Part shown: positions 9,584 through 19,412 of the stretch, piece by piece
Numbering within the stretch: position 1 is the first letter of the stretch
Layout of the letters: each line of letters opens with the position of its first letter
Source: Minisyncoccota bacterium
GTDB taxonomy: Bacteria > Patescibacteriota > Minisyncoccia > Phycocordibacterales > UBA9973
NCBI GenBank assembly: GCA_031413715.1
Contig: JANOFO010000001.1
Coordinates: 1-51,785, forward strand
Length of the DNA: 51,785 nucleotides
Reading direction: 5' to 3'
Notes under the pieces: model-generated
Told to the model about the DNA's origin: nothing
What the model saw: only the letters and a program-made list of their open reading frames with translations
The model's database searches: none
Translations under genes and position numbers: made by a program

Positions 9584-9619
9584 GATAAAACTACTAAAGG
9601 ATCAAAATTCTCAGTATGT

Positions 9620-10587
9620 TACACGGAATTGAACTGATATAATGGCATGTAATGATCCCATATTTAAATGATATTTTAATTTTTCTGTTAGGTATTACTG
9701 GAGGAATTGTCGGCAGTATATCTGGTGGCTATGGATTAGTAACTGTACCAGCCCTACTTCTTTTTGGATTGCCTCCCCACGTTGCCTTAGGAGTTTCTAA
9801 TTTTAGTGGTATTGGATTTCGAACAGGGAACTTTATAAAAATTTCTCAACATAAAAATCTTGGAATAAAATGGAAAGATGTCCTTATCCTCACATTAATT
9901 TCTGTTCCAGCGACAATAATCGGAGCAAAACTGGTTATTGCAGTTGATTCTAAAACTTTAACCAAGATTATGGGAGTTGTATTGTTGATATTGCTCCCAC
10001 TCATGTTCAGTAAAAGAGATTTGGGGGTAAAAGAAAATCGAGCAAAGGGAGCAAAAAGATTCGGAGCTCATGTTTTATTCTTCTTGTGTCGAGTATGGTC
10101 AGGGTTTTTCAGTCCAGGTTCAGGCTTACTTGAAACTTATATAAAAATGAAGGCGTATGGTTATACAATTCTCCAAGGTAAGGCAGTAACCAGAATCCCT
10201 CATATACTAGCTGACCTTGGAGGAGTCATAGTTTTTATAATAGCTGGATTCATGAATTGGCGATATGCAATAATCATGTTTGTAGGAATGCTCATAGGTG
10301 GTTACTTTGGAATGGGATATGCAATCAAGAAAGGAGATGCGTGGCTTAAACCCCTCGTTGGCGTAATAATTGTTATTACAGCAGTAAAAATGATTTTCTT
10401 TGGATAAGTTAGTTTATTTCCTCTTTCTGCATAGCCTTGATAAATAGGAGTTTATTATATAGACTTTCCATACAATCCTGCTGTTCAAGAACTGTTATAA
10501 TTAAATTTGGATAGTGACCCCACGTTTTCATCATTAATCTGCAAGGGTCGAATTTTTATACCCTACACGGATTCGAACTGATATAAT
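9620..10587 (+). repeat. 24-bp direct repeats (9620-9643, 10564-10587) bracketing the TauE gene
   Basis: TACACGGAATTGAACTGATATAAT vs TACACGGATTCGAACTGATATAAT, 22/24 identical. Confidence 0.75.
9652..10407 (+). CDS. TauE/SafE (TSUP) family transporter
   Basis: GGIVGSISGGYGLVTVP, GFFSPGSG, about eight TM segments. Confidence 0.88.
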   Translation: MIPYLNDILIFLLGITGGIVGSISGGYGLVTVPALLLFGLPPHVALGVSNFSGIGFRTGNFIKISQHKNLGIKWKDVLILTLISVPATIIGAKLVIAVDSKTLTKIMGVVLLILLPLMFSKRDLGVKENRAKGAKRFGAHVLFFLCRVWSGFFSPGSGLLETYIKMKAYGYTILQGKAVTRIPHILADLGGVIVFIIAGFMNWRYAIIMFVGMLIGGYFGMGYAIKKGDAWLKPLVGVIIVITAVKMIFFG

Positions 10588-10593
10588 AAAATT

Positions 10594-11253
10594 ATGAATA
10601 GAGAAAAATTTTGGGAATCAAAAAAGATAATAGAACAAGCCACAAGAAAAGAAATCTCAAATGCTTTAAACAATAAAGAGTATGGGGATGAATCAATTTC
10701 TCAAGAAGTTATAGAAAATGATATATTGCAAAATACTAAAAATCTCATAGAAAATAATCCAGAATTACCAGAAGAAATCTATGTATGGTATAAAAACGCA
10801 ATAGAACGAAGAGATAGGGAGGCGCTTGAAGAAGGAAGATTTATTTACCATTTTTTTGAAGGAGGCAGTTTAGATGAAACATATTCTTTTGGCGACACAG
10901 AAAAAGGTTTTCTTCTTGGATATAAAAAACAAGGGGTATTTATCCCTACTCATTTTGCACCAAAGACAATGCGTGGCGGATATGAGCTTATAAAAGAATT
11001 AGGAGAAGGTCACCGTACACCAGCAGTAATGTCCGTTACTCCTGATTTAACTGATACGATTTCGAAAATATCTTCATGGCACGTTGTAGACCTTAGTTTC
11101 CTGTCTCAATTTCGTGGTGAAGCTTTAGAAAAAGAATTTGTATATAATAGTCATCCAGACACTAAGAAATTATTACCACTTCTTGTAAATGAATTTATAG
11201 AAGAAAGTAATTCTGAAATATATGCTGAACAAGATGGAAGAATTTACTCGTGA
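10594..11253 (+). CDS. Hypothetical acidic protein
   Basis: 219-aa ORF with extended -10 just upstream; no motif recognised. Confidence 0.7.
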   Translation: MNREKFWESKKIIEQATRKEISNALNNKEYGDESISQEVIENDILQNTKNLIENNPELPEEIYVWYKNAIERRDREALEEGRFIYHFFEGGSLDETYSFGDTEKGFLLGYKKQGVFIPTHFAPKTMRGGYELIKELGEGHRTPAVMSVTPDLTDTISKISSWHVVDLSFLSQFRGEALEKEFVYNSHPDTKKLLPLLVNEFIEESNSEIYAEQDGRIYS

Positions 11254-11300
11254 ATATTAGGAATGTAATACGAATCTTCCCAATATGCTAAAATATCACT

Positions 11301-13940
11301 ATGGAAATTACACCGCCATGGTCAATCGCAAGTTTGGAACTCATTGCTAATCTAAAAACTGTATCCACTGGGTTAACTGACAAGGAGGCGGAAATTCGGA
11401 TAGCCAAATATGGTACAAACACTTTTCATAATAAAGAAAAGGCAAATGCCGTCTTTCTTTTTTTAAAACAATTCTTAAGTCCTCTCATATTTTTGCTTAT
11501 TGGTGCGGCAGTTCTTACGAGTATTCTAGGGGAATGGATCAATACAGGAGTGATTGCTTTTGCTGTTTTACTTAACGTTATTATCGGTTTTTACCAAGAA
11601 TTTCATGCTGAGAACACGCTTGAAAAACTGACAACATATATAAAAGATCGAGCTCGCGTTATTCGCGATGGTAAAGAAGAAGAAATCGACTCCACGCTTC
11701 TCGTGCCTGGAGATATTGTAAAACTCTCATATGGGATGCGAATACCGGCCGATGCGCGAATCCTTTCTATTAATAATTTTCAAGTGGATGAAGCGATTCT
11801 TACCGGCGAACCCATTCCCGTTTCAAAGGGAGAGGATGTTTTGCCTCTTTCTGCTCTTGTTGCTGAGCGCAAAAACATCGCTCATGCAGGCACGCTTGTG
11901 GTGCAAGGGTATGCGACAGCTCTTGTCTATGCGACGGGGGACTTTACTGAGATAGGCAAGATCGCGGGAATTGTCTCGGCAACCAAAAGATCGGCAACTC
12001 CGCTCCAGAAGGGAATCACTCACTTGGCTTGGCTCGTGTTTTCTGTTGTGATTGTTATTGTACTTGGAATTTTGATCTTGGGAATTTTGCATGGAGAGCC
12101 TATTCTTCCAATGCTCGTGCTTTCTGCTGCTGTTGCTGTAGGAGCTGTTCCAGAGGCTTTGCCGATCACTCTTACAGTTATTTTGGCAGTTGGGGCTCTC
12201 CGCATAGCGCGCAAGAAGGGAATCATACGAAAACTCTCTGCGGCAGAAACGCTTGGCTCTACTACACTCATCATGACTGACAAAACAGGGACGCTGACAC
12301 TCGCTGACATGCAGCTAGTCGGCATACATACAAAAGATTCTCTGATTGTAAATGGGGCGAGTATCGGGGAATCGAAAGCCTTTTCTCCCGAGCAAAAGCG
12401 CCTGCTTGAACTTGCGCTCCTAAACATTGATGTGTCTATTGAGAATCAAGAAAAAGATAAAAAGGAATGGACATTCCGCGGTAAGCCCTTTGAGATCAAT
12501 ATCGCCAAAGCAGGTCTTGATCATAATATCTCGCTTGATCCGATACTCTCAACATCTTCATTCTTAATTTTACCCTTTAATTCGACGAATAAATTTTCGA
12601 TTGCCGAAAAAGATGGTCTCTATATAGTCATGGGAGCTCCGGATATTTTACTCAAGCGTTCAAATATTTCCAAAGAAGAATATCTCAAACTTGAAGAATG
12701 GATTGAAGCGACAAGCCGGAATGGGAAGAGGCTTATAGGGCTCGCAACTTTTAAAAATAAAAATCCAGGGAAGCATATCGCACTTGAAAATGCGGAAAAC
12801 CTCGATTTTGCCGGGATGCTTGTATTTTATGATCCGATACGTCCTGAAGTTCCAAATGCTATAAGCGTAATTGAATCTCATGGGATCAAGATAGTGCTCG
12901 TGACAGGCGACTTGAAAGGTACCGCTATCTCAGTAGCGAAGAGCTTGAATTGGAATGTGACTGAAAACGAAGTGCTTGTGGGTAGCGAACTGCGGACTCT
13001 CTCTGATGAGGAACTTCTTTCAGCGCTTCCCCGAATGAAAATTTTTGCGAGAGTTACTCCCGAAGACAAGCTTCGAATCGGACAGCTCTATCAAAAACTC
13101 GGGGAAGTGGTGGCTATGACCGGGGATGGAGTCAATGACGCGCCAGCGCTCAAAGCGATGGATATCGGTATCTCGCTTGGCTCCGGATCCGATGTGGCGA
13201 AAAGTGCAGCCGATCTGGTTCTCCTAGATGATAATTTTGAAACGATCAGTCTTGCTATCGACGAAGGCCACCGAATCTTGGCAAATGTCAGGAAGACGGT
13301 CGTGTATCTTATGTCCAATTCCCTTGATGAAGTTTTCGTCATCGGCGGAAGTTTGATCATGGGGCTTGCGCTTCCATTGACTGCTCTACAGATTATCTGG
13401 GTTAACCTCTTTACGGGATCCTTGCCTGCACTTGCTTTTGCCTTTGACGAGAATATGGATCGAAAAAAATATTTCAAAAAGGAATCCAAGCGTATTTTTA
13501 CTAAGGAAGTCAAAGTGCTGACTTTCAGCATTGGCATCCTCAGTTCTTTCTTCCTTTTCCTTCTCTACTACTTACTGCTAAAAAATATTTCAGATATCAA
13601 AGAGGCTCACTCAATATTCTTTGTATGTTTCGCTGCGTATATTCTTGCAGTTTCATTCTCTTTCCGAAGTTTGTATAATCCGCTCTTTTCTTATGCGATG
13701 TTCTCAAATAAGAAACTCAATTGGAGTATTGTCATAGCTTTCGTCATCTTGATCTTAACAATGACTATTCCTTTCGTTAGGAATATTTTTGAGCTCGCTC
13801 CGCTACCACTAACATCCCTCCCACTCGTTTTATTCTGGCTTCTATTCAATATCCTCTTGGTTGAAGCTGCAAAGTATATTTTGCGCAAGAAGCACCATAT
13901 CCGCTCGGGATTCGGTCGGTTGAAACTTTTATTCAGATAG
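11301..13940 (+). CDS. Cation-transporting P-type ATPase (type II-like)
   Basis: TGE, PEALP, DKTGTLT, TGD, MTGDGVNDAPAL. Confidence 0.96.
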   Translation: MEITPPWSIASLELIANLKTVSTGLTDKEAEIRIAKYGTNTFHNKEKANAVFLFLKQFLSPLIFLLIGAAVLTSILGEWINTGVIAFAVLLNVIIGFYQEFHAENTLEKLTTYIKDRARVIRDGKEEEIDSTLLVPGDIVKLSYGMRIPADARILSINNFQVDEAILTGEPIPVSKGEDVLPLSALVAERKNIAHAGTLVVQGYATALVYATGDFTEIGKIAGIVSATKRSATPLQKGITHLAWLVFSVVIVIVLGILILGILHGEPILPMLVLSAAVAVGAVPEALPITLTVILAVGALRIARKKGIIRKLSAAETLGSTTLIMTDKTGTLTLADMQLVGIHTKDSLIVNGASIGESKAFSPEQKRLLELALLNIDVSIENQEKDKKEWTFRGKPFEINIAKAGLDHNISLDPILSTSSFLILPFNSTNKFSIAEKDGLYIVMGAPDILLKRSNISKEEYLKLEEWIEATSRNGKRLIGLATFKNKNPGKHIALENAENLDFAGMLVFYDPIRPEVPNAISVIESHGIKIVLVTGDLKGTAISVAKSLNWNVTENEVLVGSELRTLSDEELLSALPRMKIFARVTPEDKLRIGQLYQKLGEVVAMTGDGVNDAPALKAMDIGISLGSGSDVAKSAADLVLLDDNFETISLAIDEGHRILANVRKTVVYLMSNSLDEVFVIGGSLIMGLALPLTALQIIWVNLFTGSLPALAFAFDENMDRKKYFKKESKRIFTKEVKVLTFSIGILSSFFLFLLYYLLLKNISDIKEAHSIFFVCFAAYILAVSFSFRSLYNPLFSYAMFSNKKLNWSIVIAFVILILTMTIPFVRNIFELAPLPLTSLPLVLFWLLFNILLVEAAKYILRKKHHIRSGFGRLKLLFR

Positions 13941-13964
13941 GGAATTACAAAACATGCTGGGGGT

Positions 13965-14005
13965 AAAAAAATACACCGAGACGAATAAAAAGTCTCGGTG
14001 TATTT
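13965..14005 (-). terminator. Terminator between convergent genes
   Basis: AAATACACCGAGAC / GTCTCGGTGTATTT 14-bp stem with A/T tails. Confidence 0.65.
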
Positions 14006-14023
14006 CCATGAGTCTACTTTCAA

Positions 14024-14479
14024 TCAACTCGAATATAGCTGCACGTATTCAAGCATATATCCTTTAAGAAGTGGCGCTTCTCTGCAGGGCAGATAGCCAT
14101 CTTCAAAACATATATATTGCTCTCGCGTGATTCCATACTTTTCTAACAAGCGCTCCTTCTTTTCTTGTTCATGGTCGCAAAGAACAAAAAACAGACATTC
14201 TTTCTTGTCTCTAAAAGAAACGCATGCAAGATCAATGATTGTAAGCGCTCCGGAAGTTTCCTTGCCAGCAAAAATAATAACTCGCTTGAGACTTTTTTTA
14301 TACTTCATCAATAAAAGCCAATTACTGTCGCCAGGCACGACACTTTCGGGCCCCTTCGGATTAAAACTTTTAGGCAAGAATAGTACATTCCTACCTTCCA
14401 CCGTTACGATGCCTCTTTTATATGGAAGACATTCGTTGTAGGTTACTACTGCTACGGTGACACTGCTTTTGATGTCCAT
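14024..14479 (-). CDS. Hypothetical protein divergent from the response regulator
   Basis: 151-aa ORF filling the gap, with terminator and TACTAT -10 (14537-14532). Confidence 0.65.
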   Translation of the reverse strand: MDIKSSVTVAVVTYNECLPYKRGIVTVEGRNVLFLPKSFNPKGPESVVPGDSNWLLLMKYKKSLKRVIIFAGKETSGALTIIDLACVSFRDKKECLFFVLCDHEQEKKERLLEKYGITREQYICFEDGYLPCREAPLLKGYMLEYVQLYSS

Positions 14480-14617
14480 AGGAATCTCATTTAGAAGGTG
14501 AAGAACAACTTAACAAAAGTGTATATCAAGCATAGTAAAGAAATTTTAAATTAAAGTTAAATTCTCTCCGTCGATTTGTTTCTTAAGTTTTTGAAAACTT
14601 GCTATAATATGACACAT

Positions 14618-15283
14618 ATGAAGATTCTGGTAATAGAAGATGAACATGCGATTGCTACCTTTATAAAGCGGGGACTCGAGGCGGAGCTTTGTATTGTTGA
14701 ACTTGCGTCTACAGGGGCTCGAGGTATTGCGCTCGCCCAGATGAACACCTACGATGTAATTGTTCTCGATTTTCATTTACCGGATATGATAGGTACCGAG
14801 ATCTCAGCCGAGATTCGGAAATCCAAACCATCAATACCGATTTTGGTTCTCTCTGTTGAAGCCGATATGGATATCAAGCTCGGGATGCTCTCGGTCTGTG
14901 ATGATTATATGATAAAGCCTTTCTCACTTCGGGAACTTACAGTGAGGTTGCGGGCACTCAATCGTCGTGGAGAAGTATTGCATGACAATATCCTTGAGAT
15001 CGGCGGTCTTATTCTTGACTCTATGAAGTACGTTGTTAAGCTCGATGGAAAAGTGATTCCACTTCGCAATAAGGAGTTCGCTCTTCTTGAATACTTGATG
15101 CGAAACGAAGGCATCGTTCTTTCCCGAGAGATGATGCTTGAACATGTGTGGGATATGAATACAGATCCCTTTACTAACACTGTCGATACCCATATTCGTC
15201 TATTGCGAAAGAAATTAGAGAATAAAAATCATGCTTTCATCCAAACAGTACCAAAGCGAGGTTATTTCTTCTCAGCTTCCTAA
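14618..15283 (+). CDS. OmpR/PhoB-family response regulator
   Basis: MKILVIEDE, phospho-Asp in VLD, KPF, winged-helix VDTHIRLLRKKL...TVPKRGY. Start probably 14618. Confidence 0.95.
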   Translation: MKILVIEDEHAIATFIKRGLEAELCIVELASTGARGIALAQMNTYDVIVLDFHLPDMIGTEISAEIRKSKPSIPILVLSVEADMDIKLGMLSVCDDYMIKPFSLRELTVRLRALNRRGEVLHDNILEIGGLILDSMKYVVKLDGKVIPLRNKEFALLEYLMRNEGIVLSREMMLEHVWDMNTDPFTNTVDTHIRLLRKKLENKNHAFIQTVPKRGYFFSAS

Positions 15284-15381
15284 TTTATAAATATTTTAAC
15301 TTGGGTTTAGGAATTAATTATCTTATTTTGATTAAAATATAATCGATATTCACTCTTTGTTCATTTAAAAAACTAAAGATT

Positions 15382-16350
15382 ATGAAACGGAAAGATTACC
15401 TTGTCCTGCCGGATGTTGTCCCGGAAGGCATTGCGCTTTGTTTATTGCCGCGTGACGACCGCGGTTTTTATCTTGAACGCACCGATAGGAATATCGGATG
15501 GATTACACCAGAGGAACAAGATCTTCTTGAAAATTCTACCATTGGCATCGCCGGTTGTGGAGGTATGGGAGGCCTTACTGCTGCTACACTCCTGCGGCTT
15601 GGTGTGAAAGAAATCCGCATCGCTGATAATGAAAATTTTGACGTCTCAAACCTCAATCGCCAATTTGGAGCTACGATGGCAACTATCGGAAAATCAAAAG
15701 CGGTCGAAACTGCACGAATGCTCCGCGCTATCGCTGACGATACTACTATTGTCGTGTATCCGGAAGGTATTAATGAAAAGACAGCTGATTCGTTTGTAGA
15801 TGGGTGTGACATTATCTGTGATGAGATCGAGTTCTGGGCTGTTGGCTCACGGATTCTTCTCCATAAAATTATGCGTGAAAAAGGTAGCATTATTCTTAAC
15901 TCCCCGACCGTCGGACATCGAGTTTATCTGACGAAATTCACTCCGGATTCTGTCACCATGGAAGAGGCTCTCTCTATGACATATGAAGAGGCAGTAATAC
16001 TTCAGAGAAAAATCGCTCTTAAAGAAGCAAGCGTAGAAGAAGTAAAAAGGGTCATGAATCAAATGCTTAATTTTGCCGCTCCGGAAATCCCCGAGTATTC
16101 TTCTGATATCTCGGTATATAGCACCGTCCAGCGATTAAGCGAGAGGTTCTTCCATGAAGGGAAAGCTTCGATTATAGCGACCAATCCTCCTATGGCAAGT
16201 GGCTTCCTGTCTAACCAAGTGCTCTTTCATCTTTTGGCTAAATCATCGATACGAAGAAACTTTGAATTATGTCCAAAAATGCCAGCTTATTTGATGTTTG
16301 ATGCTGCCCACATGACTTCCACTATCGCGAAATTTGAGATCCCATGGTAA
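15382..16350 (+). CDS. ThiF/E1-like adenylyltransferase (RNIGWIT..EQ subtype, no CxxC zinc motifs)
   Basis: IAGCGGMGG nucleotide loop, D...FDVSNLNRQ, GKSK. Confidence 0.9.
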   Translation: MKRKDYLVLPDVVPEGIALCLLPRDDRGFYLERTDRNIGWITPEEQDLLENSTIGIAGCGGMGGLTAATLLRLGVKEIRIADNENFDVSNLNRQFGATMATIGKSKAVETARMLRAIADDTTIVVYPEGINEKTADSFVDGCDIICDEIEFWAVGSRILLHKIMREKGSIILNSPTVGHRVYLTKFTPDSVTMEEALSMTYEEAVILQRKIALKEASVEEVKRVMNQMLNFAAPEIPEYSSDISVYSTVQRLSERFFHEGKASIIATNPPMASGFLSNQVLFHLLAKSSIRRNFELCPKMPAYLMFDAAHMTSTIAKFEIPW

Positions 16351-16889
16351 ATGATGGAATCATCTGTCGTCTGGTAAAGACTGACCATGATCGCATAAAG
16401 GCTCTCCAATTTATCGAAGAATGGTTCTTAAAATGGAACAAGTGTTCACCACCTGTTTCCATGGGGGACATATTAATAGCATGCAAGAATCAAGAGATAG
16501 TCGGCGCGGTTAATCTTGATTTTCGTGATGAAGCGACAACTTTTCCACTTGAAGACTTATACGATTTTTCTTCTCTATATGATTACTTTCCTGATTTTAA
16601 CAGGAAACAAATTGTACAGGGAGGTCGATGGTCTGGATCTATTCCTGGGGTTTCGAAGCTTCTCTTGCACGGCATTGCCCACCACTGCATACCTCGAGGA
16701 ATACGATATATGATAGGGGAGGTAAAGCCGAGCTCTATAAGCCGACTCGAGGAGCTCGGCGTGAAATTCATCATGTTGTATGGAGTTTCTCCTTGCTTTG
16801 AGACTCTTCCCATGGAAAAGCAAAAATACTATCTTGAGCCGCCGCCACTTCGCCTTATGATCATACGAATGGAGAATCTATTATGCTAA
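16344..16889 (+). CDS. GNAT-fold acyltransferase resembling N-acyl amino acid synthase (FeeM) / thermostable-hemolysin type
   Basis: IVGAVNL, FPLEDLY, RKQIVQGGRW, terminal YY; overlaps the ThiF stop by 7 nt. Confidence 0.55.
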   Translation: MVNDGIICRLVKTDHDRIKALQFIEEWFLKWNKCSPPVSMGDILIACKNQEIVGAVNLDFRDEATTFPLEDLYDFSSLYDYFPDFNRKQIVQGGRWSGSIPGVSKLLLHGIAHHCIPRGIRYMIGEVKPSSISRLEELGVKFIMLYGVSPCFETLPMEKQKYYLEPPPLRLMIIRMENLLC

Positions 16890-16896
16890 GAAGTAC

Positions 16897-16923
16897 AAGG
16901 GCAGCCCGGTCTGCCCTTTTTTT
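16897..16923 (+). terminator. Intrinsic terminator
   Basis: AAGGGCAG-cccggt-CTGCCCTT followed by a T run. Confidence 0.75.
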
Positions 16924-16940
16924 ATCCTACGATATATAAT

Positions 16941-18914
16941 ATGGATATAACCTTTCAAACATTTTCACTCTTGCTTGCGATGGTCGCGAGTATTGCCATA
17001 GGAATCTACGTAATCGTAAGCAACCGAAGGAGCTTTATGCACCGCTCATTCGGCTTTTTGGCGTTCGGACTTTCTATATGGGGTATTTCGATTGCTCTAC
17101 TGTATCTCACACGCTCCCATAAATTCTTATTCAATAGTCTGATATTCATGAGTGGGTCCGCTTGGTTCGTAGGGCTTCTTCTTTTTTCATATTCATTTCC
17201 TACCAATAAAATTCCGCCCAAACGATTTTATCTCTGGATTATTCCGGCCGGCATCATATTTATTTTGGCGCCGTTTCGATCTTTCGTCTCGAACTTTTCC
17301 ACTAATAAAACAGGGTATCTCGAGCCAGTTAACAACAAGTTCTTTTTCATACCTTTCATGATAATCTTTCTTTCTTATATCGTGTATTCAATGATACTAG
17401 TATATCGAAATTACCAAAAATACAAACACAATTCAATATATCGTATGCAGTTCCTTTACCTTTTTACCGGCCTGAGTGTTTTCATATTTTCAATAGTAGT
17501 TTTCGACACTATCTTACCTGTACTTGGGATCTATCGCTTTAATATGCTCGGACCTGATGCTGGAATAATATTTTTTATTTGTGCAGGTTATGCGATCGTG
17601 CGACACTCACTTCTTGATATCCGCGTGGTGATACAAAAAGGACTCATTTACCTTTCTCTTTTTATTGTGATCTTGGGCATTTATATCGCGAGTCTGCAAC
17701 TCCTTGGATATATTCTGCATCGAATCACCAACACCAATGTGATCATAAGTGCCGGACTTGTCATGGTGCTCGGCATCTTGTTCTTCAGACCGCTAGAGAA
17801 CTACTTCAGAAAAATAACCGACCCCATATTTTTCAAAGACCGATATGATTATGCGGAAGTGCTTCATCAGTTGAGTAAGATACTCCATACAAACGTCAGC
17901 ACTGCTGATATTATAGAAAATTCTTCTGCTCTTCTCAGAAATATATTCAAAACAGATGAAGTACATTTCAGATTACAGACTAGTGAAGAAGAAAAGAGAG
18001 ATCCAAGCAAAGCGGTATCAATCAATATTGTCTTCGAAGGCAGACAGACTGGGATTCTCGAACTCGGCCCAAAGAAATCAGGAGATGAATATACCCCCTT
18101 AGATAGAAAGCTTCTGGGGACATTTGCTTACCAAGCTGCGGTCGCGCTTGAGAAGGGAAGGCTCTACGAGAGAGTCAAAGAATACAATTTTCATCTTGAG
18201 GAGCTTGTAGAACAACGGACTCTTGAGATCAAGAAATTACAGGAAGACCAAAAGCAGGCGATGATTGATATTTCTCATAATCTTCAAACACCGCTTGCTA
18301 TTATCAAGGGTGATCTTGAGCTTTTATCTGCGATGCCTGTTCACGCTGAAAAAATAAAAAACGTGAAGCGATCTATTCATCAAGTTTCGCTGTTTATCCG
18401 ACAGCTTCTCCATTTAGCCAAATTGGATCATTCAGCATTTAATGTAGACTTTGCACCGGTTGATCTTTCCGCGCTTATGCTCGGAGAAATAGAATACTTT
18501 GAAGTCATGGCAGCTGAGAAAAAAGTTCGTATGACTGCTTCGATAACAAAGAAATTAATTATCATGGGAAATAAGCGATTGCTCGGAGAACTTCTCAATA
18601 ATTTAATTAGTAATGCTATAAAATATCGTCGGAAAAGTACTGAGGAAAGTAATATTAATATTTCTCTTTCCGAAGACGGCGAGAATGCTCACTTGATTGT
18701 CACTGATAACGGAATTGGAATCTCTCCAGAAGATTTGCCGGATATATTTGTTCGGTTCTATCGCGGCTCACGCAAATCCAATATTACTGGAACTGGTCTT
18801 GGGCTCGCAATCTGCAAAAAGATAGTTGAGAAACATGGAGGTACCATTACAGCTACAAGCAGTTCTGGAGAGCGAACTTCTCTTACGGTCATACTTCCTC
18901 TTTATAATAAGTAA
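16941..18914 (+). CDS. Multi-TM sensor histidine kinase (7TM-type input, GAF-like segment, HisKA, HATPase)
   Basis: About nine TM segments; ISHNLQTPL H-box; NLISNAIKY, DNGIGI, FYRG, GTGLGL. Confidence 0.93.
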   Translation: MDITFQTFSLLLAMVASIAIGIYVIVSNRRSFMHRSFGFLAFGLSIWGISIALLYLTRSHKFLFNSLIFMSGSAWFVGLLLFSYSFPTNKIPPKRFYLWIIPAGIIFILAPFRSFVSNFSTNKTGYLEPVNNKFFFIPFMIIFLSYIVYSMILVYRNYQKYKHNSIYRMQFLYLFTGLSVFIFSIVVFDTILPVLGIYRFNMLGPDAGIIFFICAGYAIVRHSLLDIRVVIQKGLIYLSLFIVILGIYIASLQLLGYILHRITNTNVIISAGLVMVLGILFFRPLENYFRKITDPIFFKDRYDYAEVLHQLSKILHTNVSTADIIENSSALLRNIFKTDEVHFRLQTSEEEKRDPSKAVSINIVFEGRQTGILELGPKKSGDEYTPLDRKLLGTFAYQAAVALEKGRLYERVKEYNFHLEELVEQRTLEIKKLQEDQKQAMIDISHNLQTPLAIIKGDLELLSAMPVHAEKIKNVKRSIHQVSLFIRQLLHLAKLDHSAFNVDFAPVDLSALMLGEIEYFEVMAAEKKVRMTASITKKLIIMGNKRLLGELLNNLISNAIKYRRKSTEESNINISLSEDGENAHLIVTDNGIGISPEDLPDIFVRFYRGSRKSNITGTGLGLAICKKIVEKHGGTITATSSSGERTSLTVILPLYNK

Positions 18915-18981
18915 ATTCCTAAAGAAAAAGCCTCCAGCATTAATTTGTTAGAAGCTTTTTAATACGATTTTGGTTTTAATT

Positions 18982-19299
18982 TTAAGAAAATTTTTTAACT
19001 GGAAAGTTTGATAATACAATATCACGGATCTTCTGAAGAATTTCTTCAGACAAAGCATGATGATTTTCATTCTTTGCCTGTTCGTACTCATGAGTGAGTT
19101 TTCTCAGCTCACTTTCCTCTGCTACTTTTTTCAGATTATCATATGTATGATTAGCGTAAAAATTCCTACCCCGCCCCCTTTCTTGGGTTTCGGGTGAATA
19201 AATTACGTTAATCACATCTTCATGAGGTCGTATGCCTAAACCTTCCAAAACTTTAGTAACAGTAAACAGTGTTCCTACTTTTTTGATGCCGTCGGTCAT
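18982..19299 (-). CDS. Orphan hypothetical protein
   Basis: 105 aa, perfect consensus promoter upstream, hairpin near 18926-18959 downstream. Confidence 0.7.
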   Translation of the reverse strand: MTDGIKKVGTLFTVTKVLEGLGIRPHEDVINVIYSPETQERGRGRNFYANHTYDNLKKVAEESELRKLTHEYEQAKNENHHALSEEILQKIRDIVLSNFPVKKFS

Positions 19300-19343
19300 G
19301 GGTTAATATAATTTTCTTTTTACAATGTATATACTCGGGAAGT

Positions 19344-19372
19344 ATTATAGTTAGATTTATAATTTTTGTCAA
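19344..19372 (-). promoter_or_regulatory. Perfect consensus sigma70 promoter
   Basis: TTGACA (19372-19367), 17 nt, TATAAT (19349-19344). Confidence 0.85.
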
Positions 19373-19412
19373 ATCGGTGTACATGGCCTATTTTGCTTGA
19401 TATAATAAGCGT

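Noticed and set aside
15382-16350. Thiamine/molybdopterin or ubiquitin-like (CBASS/Bil) role for the ThiF protein
   Set aside because: No sulfur carrier, Ubl, E2, JAB or cyclase gene is adjacent, and zinc CxxC motifs are absent. A RiPP role is not excluded, but no precursor peptide was identified.
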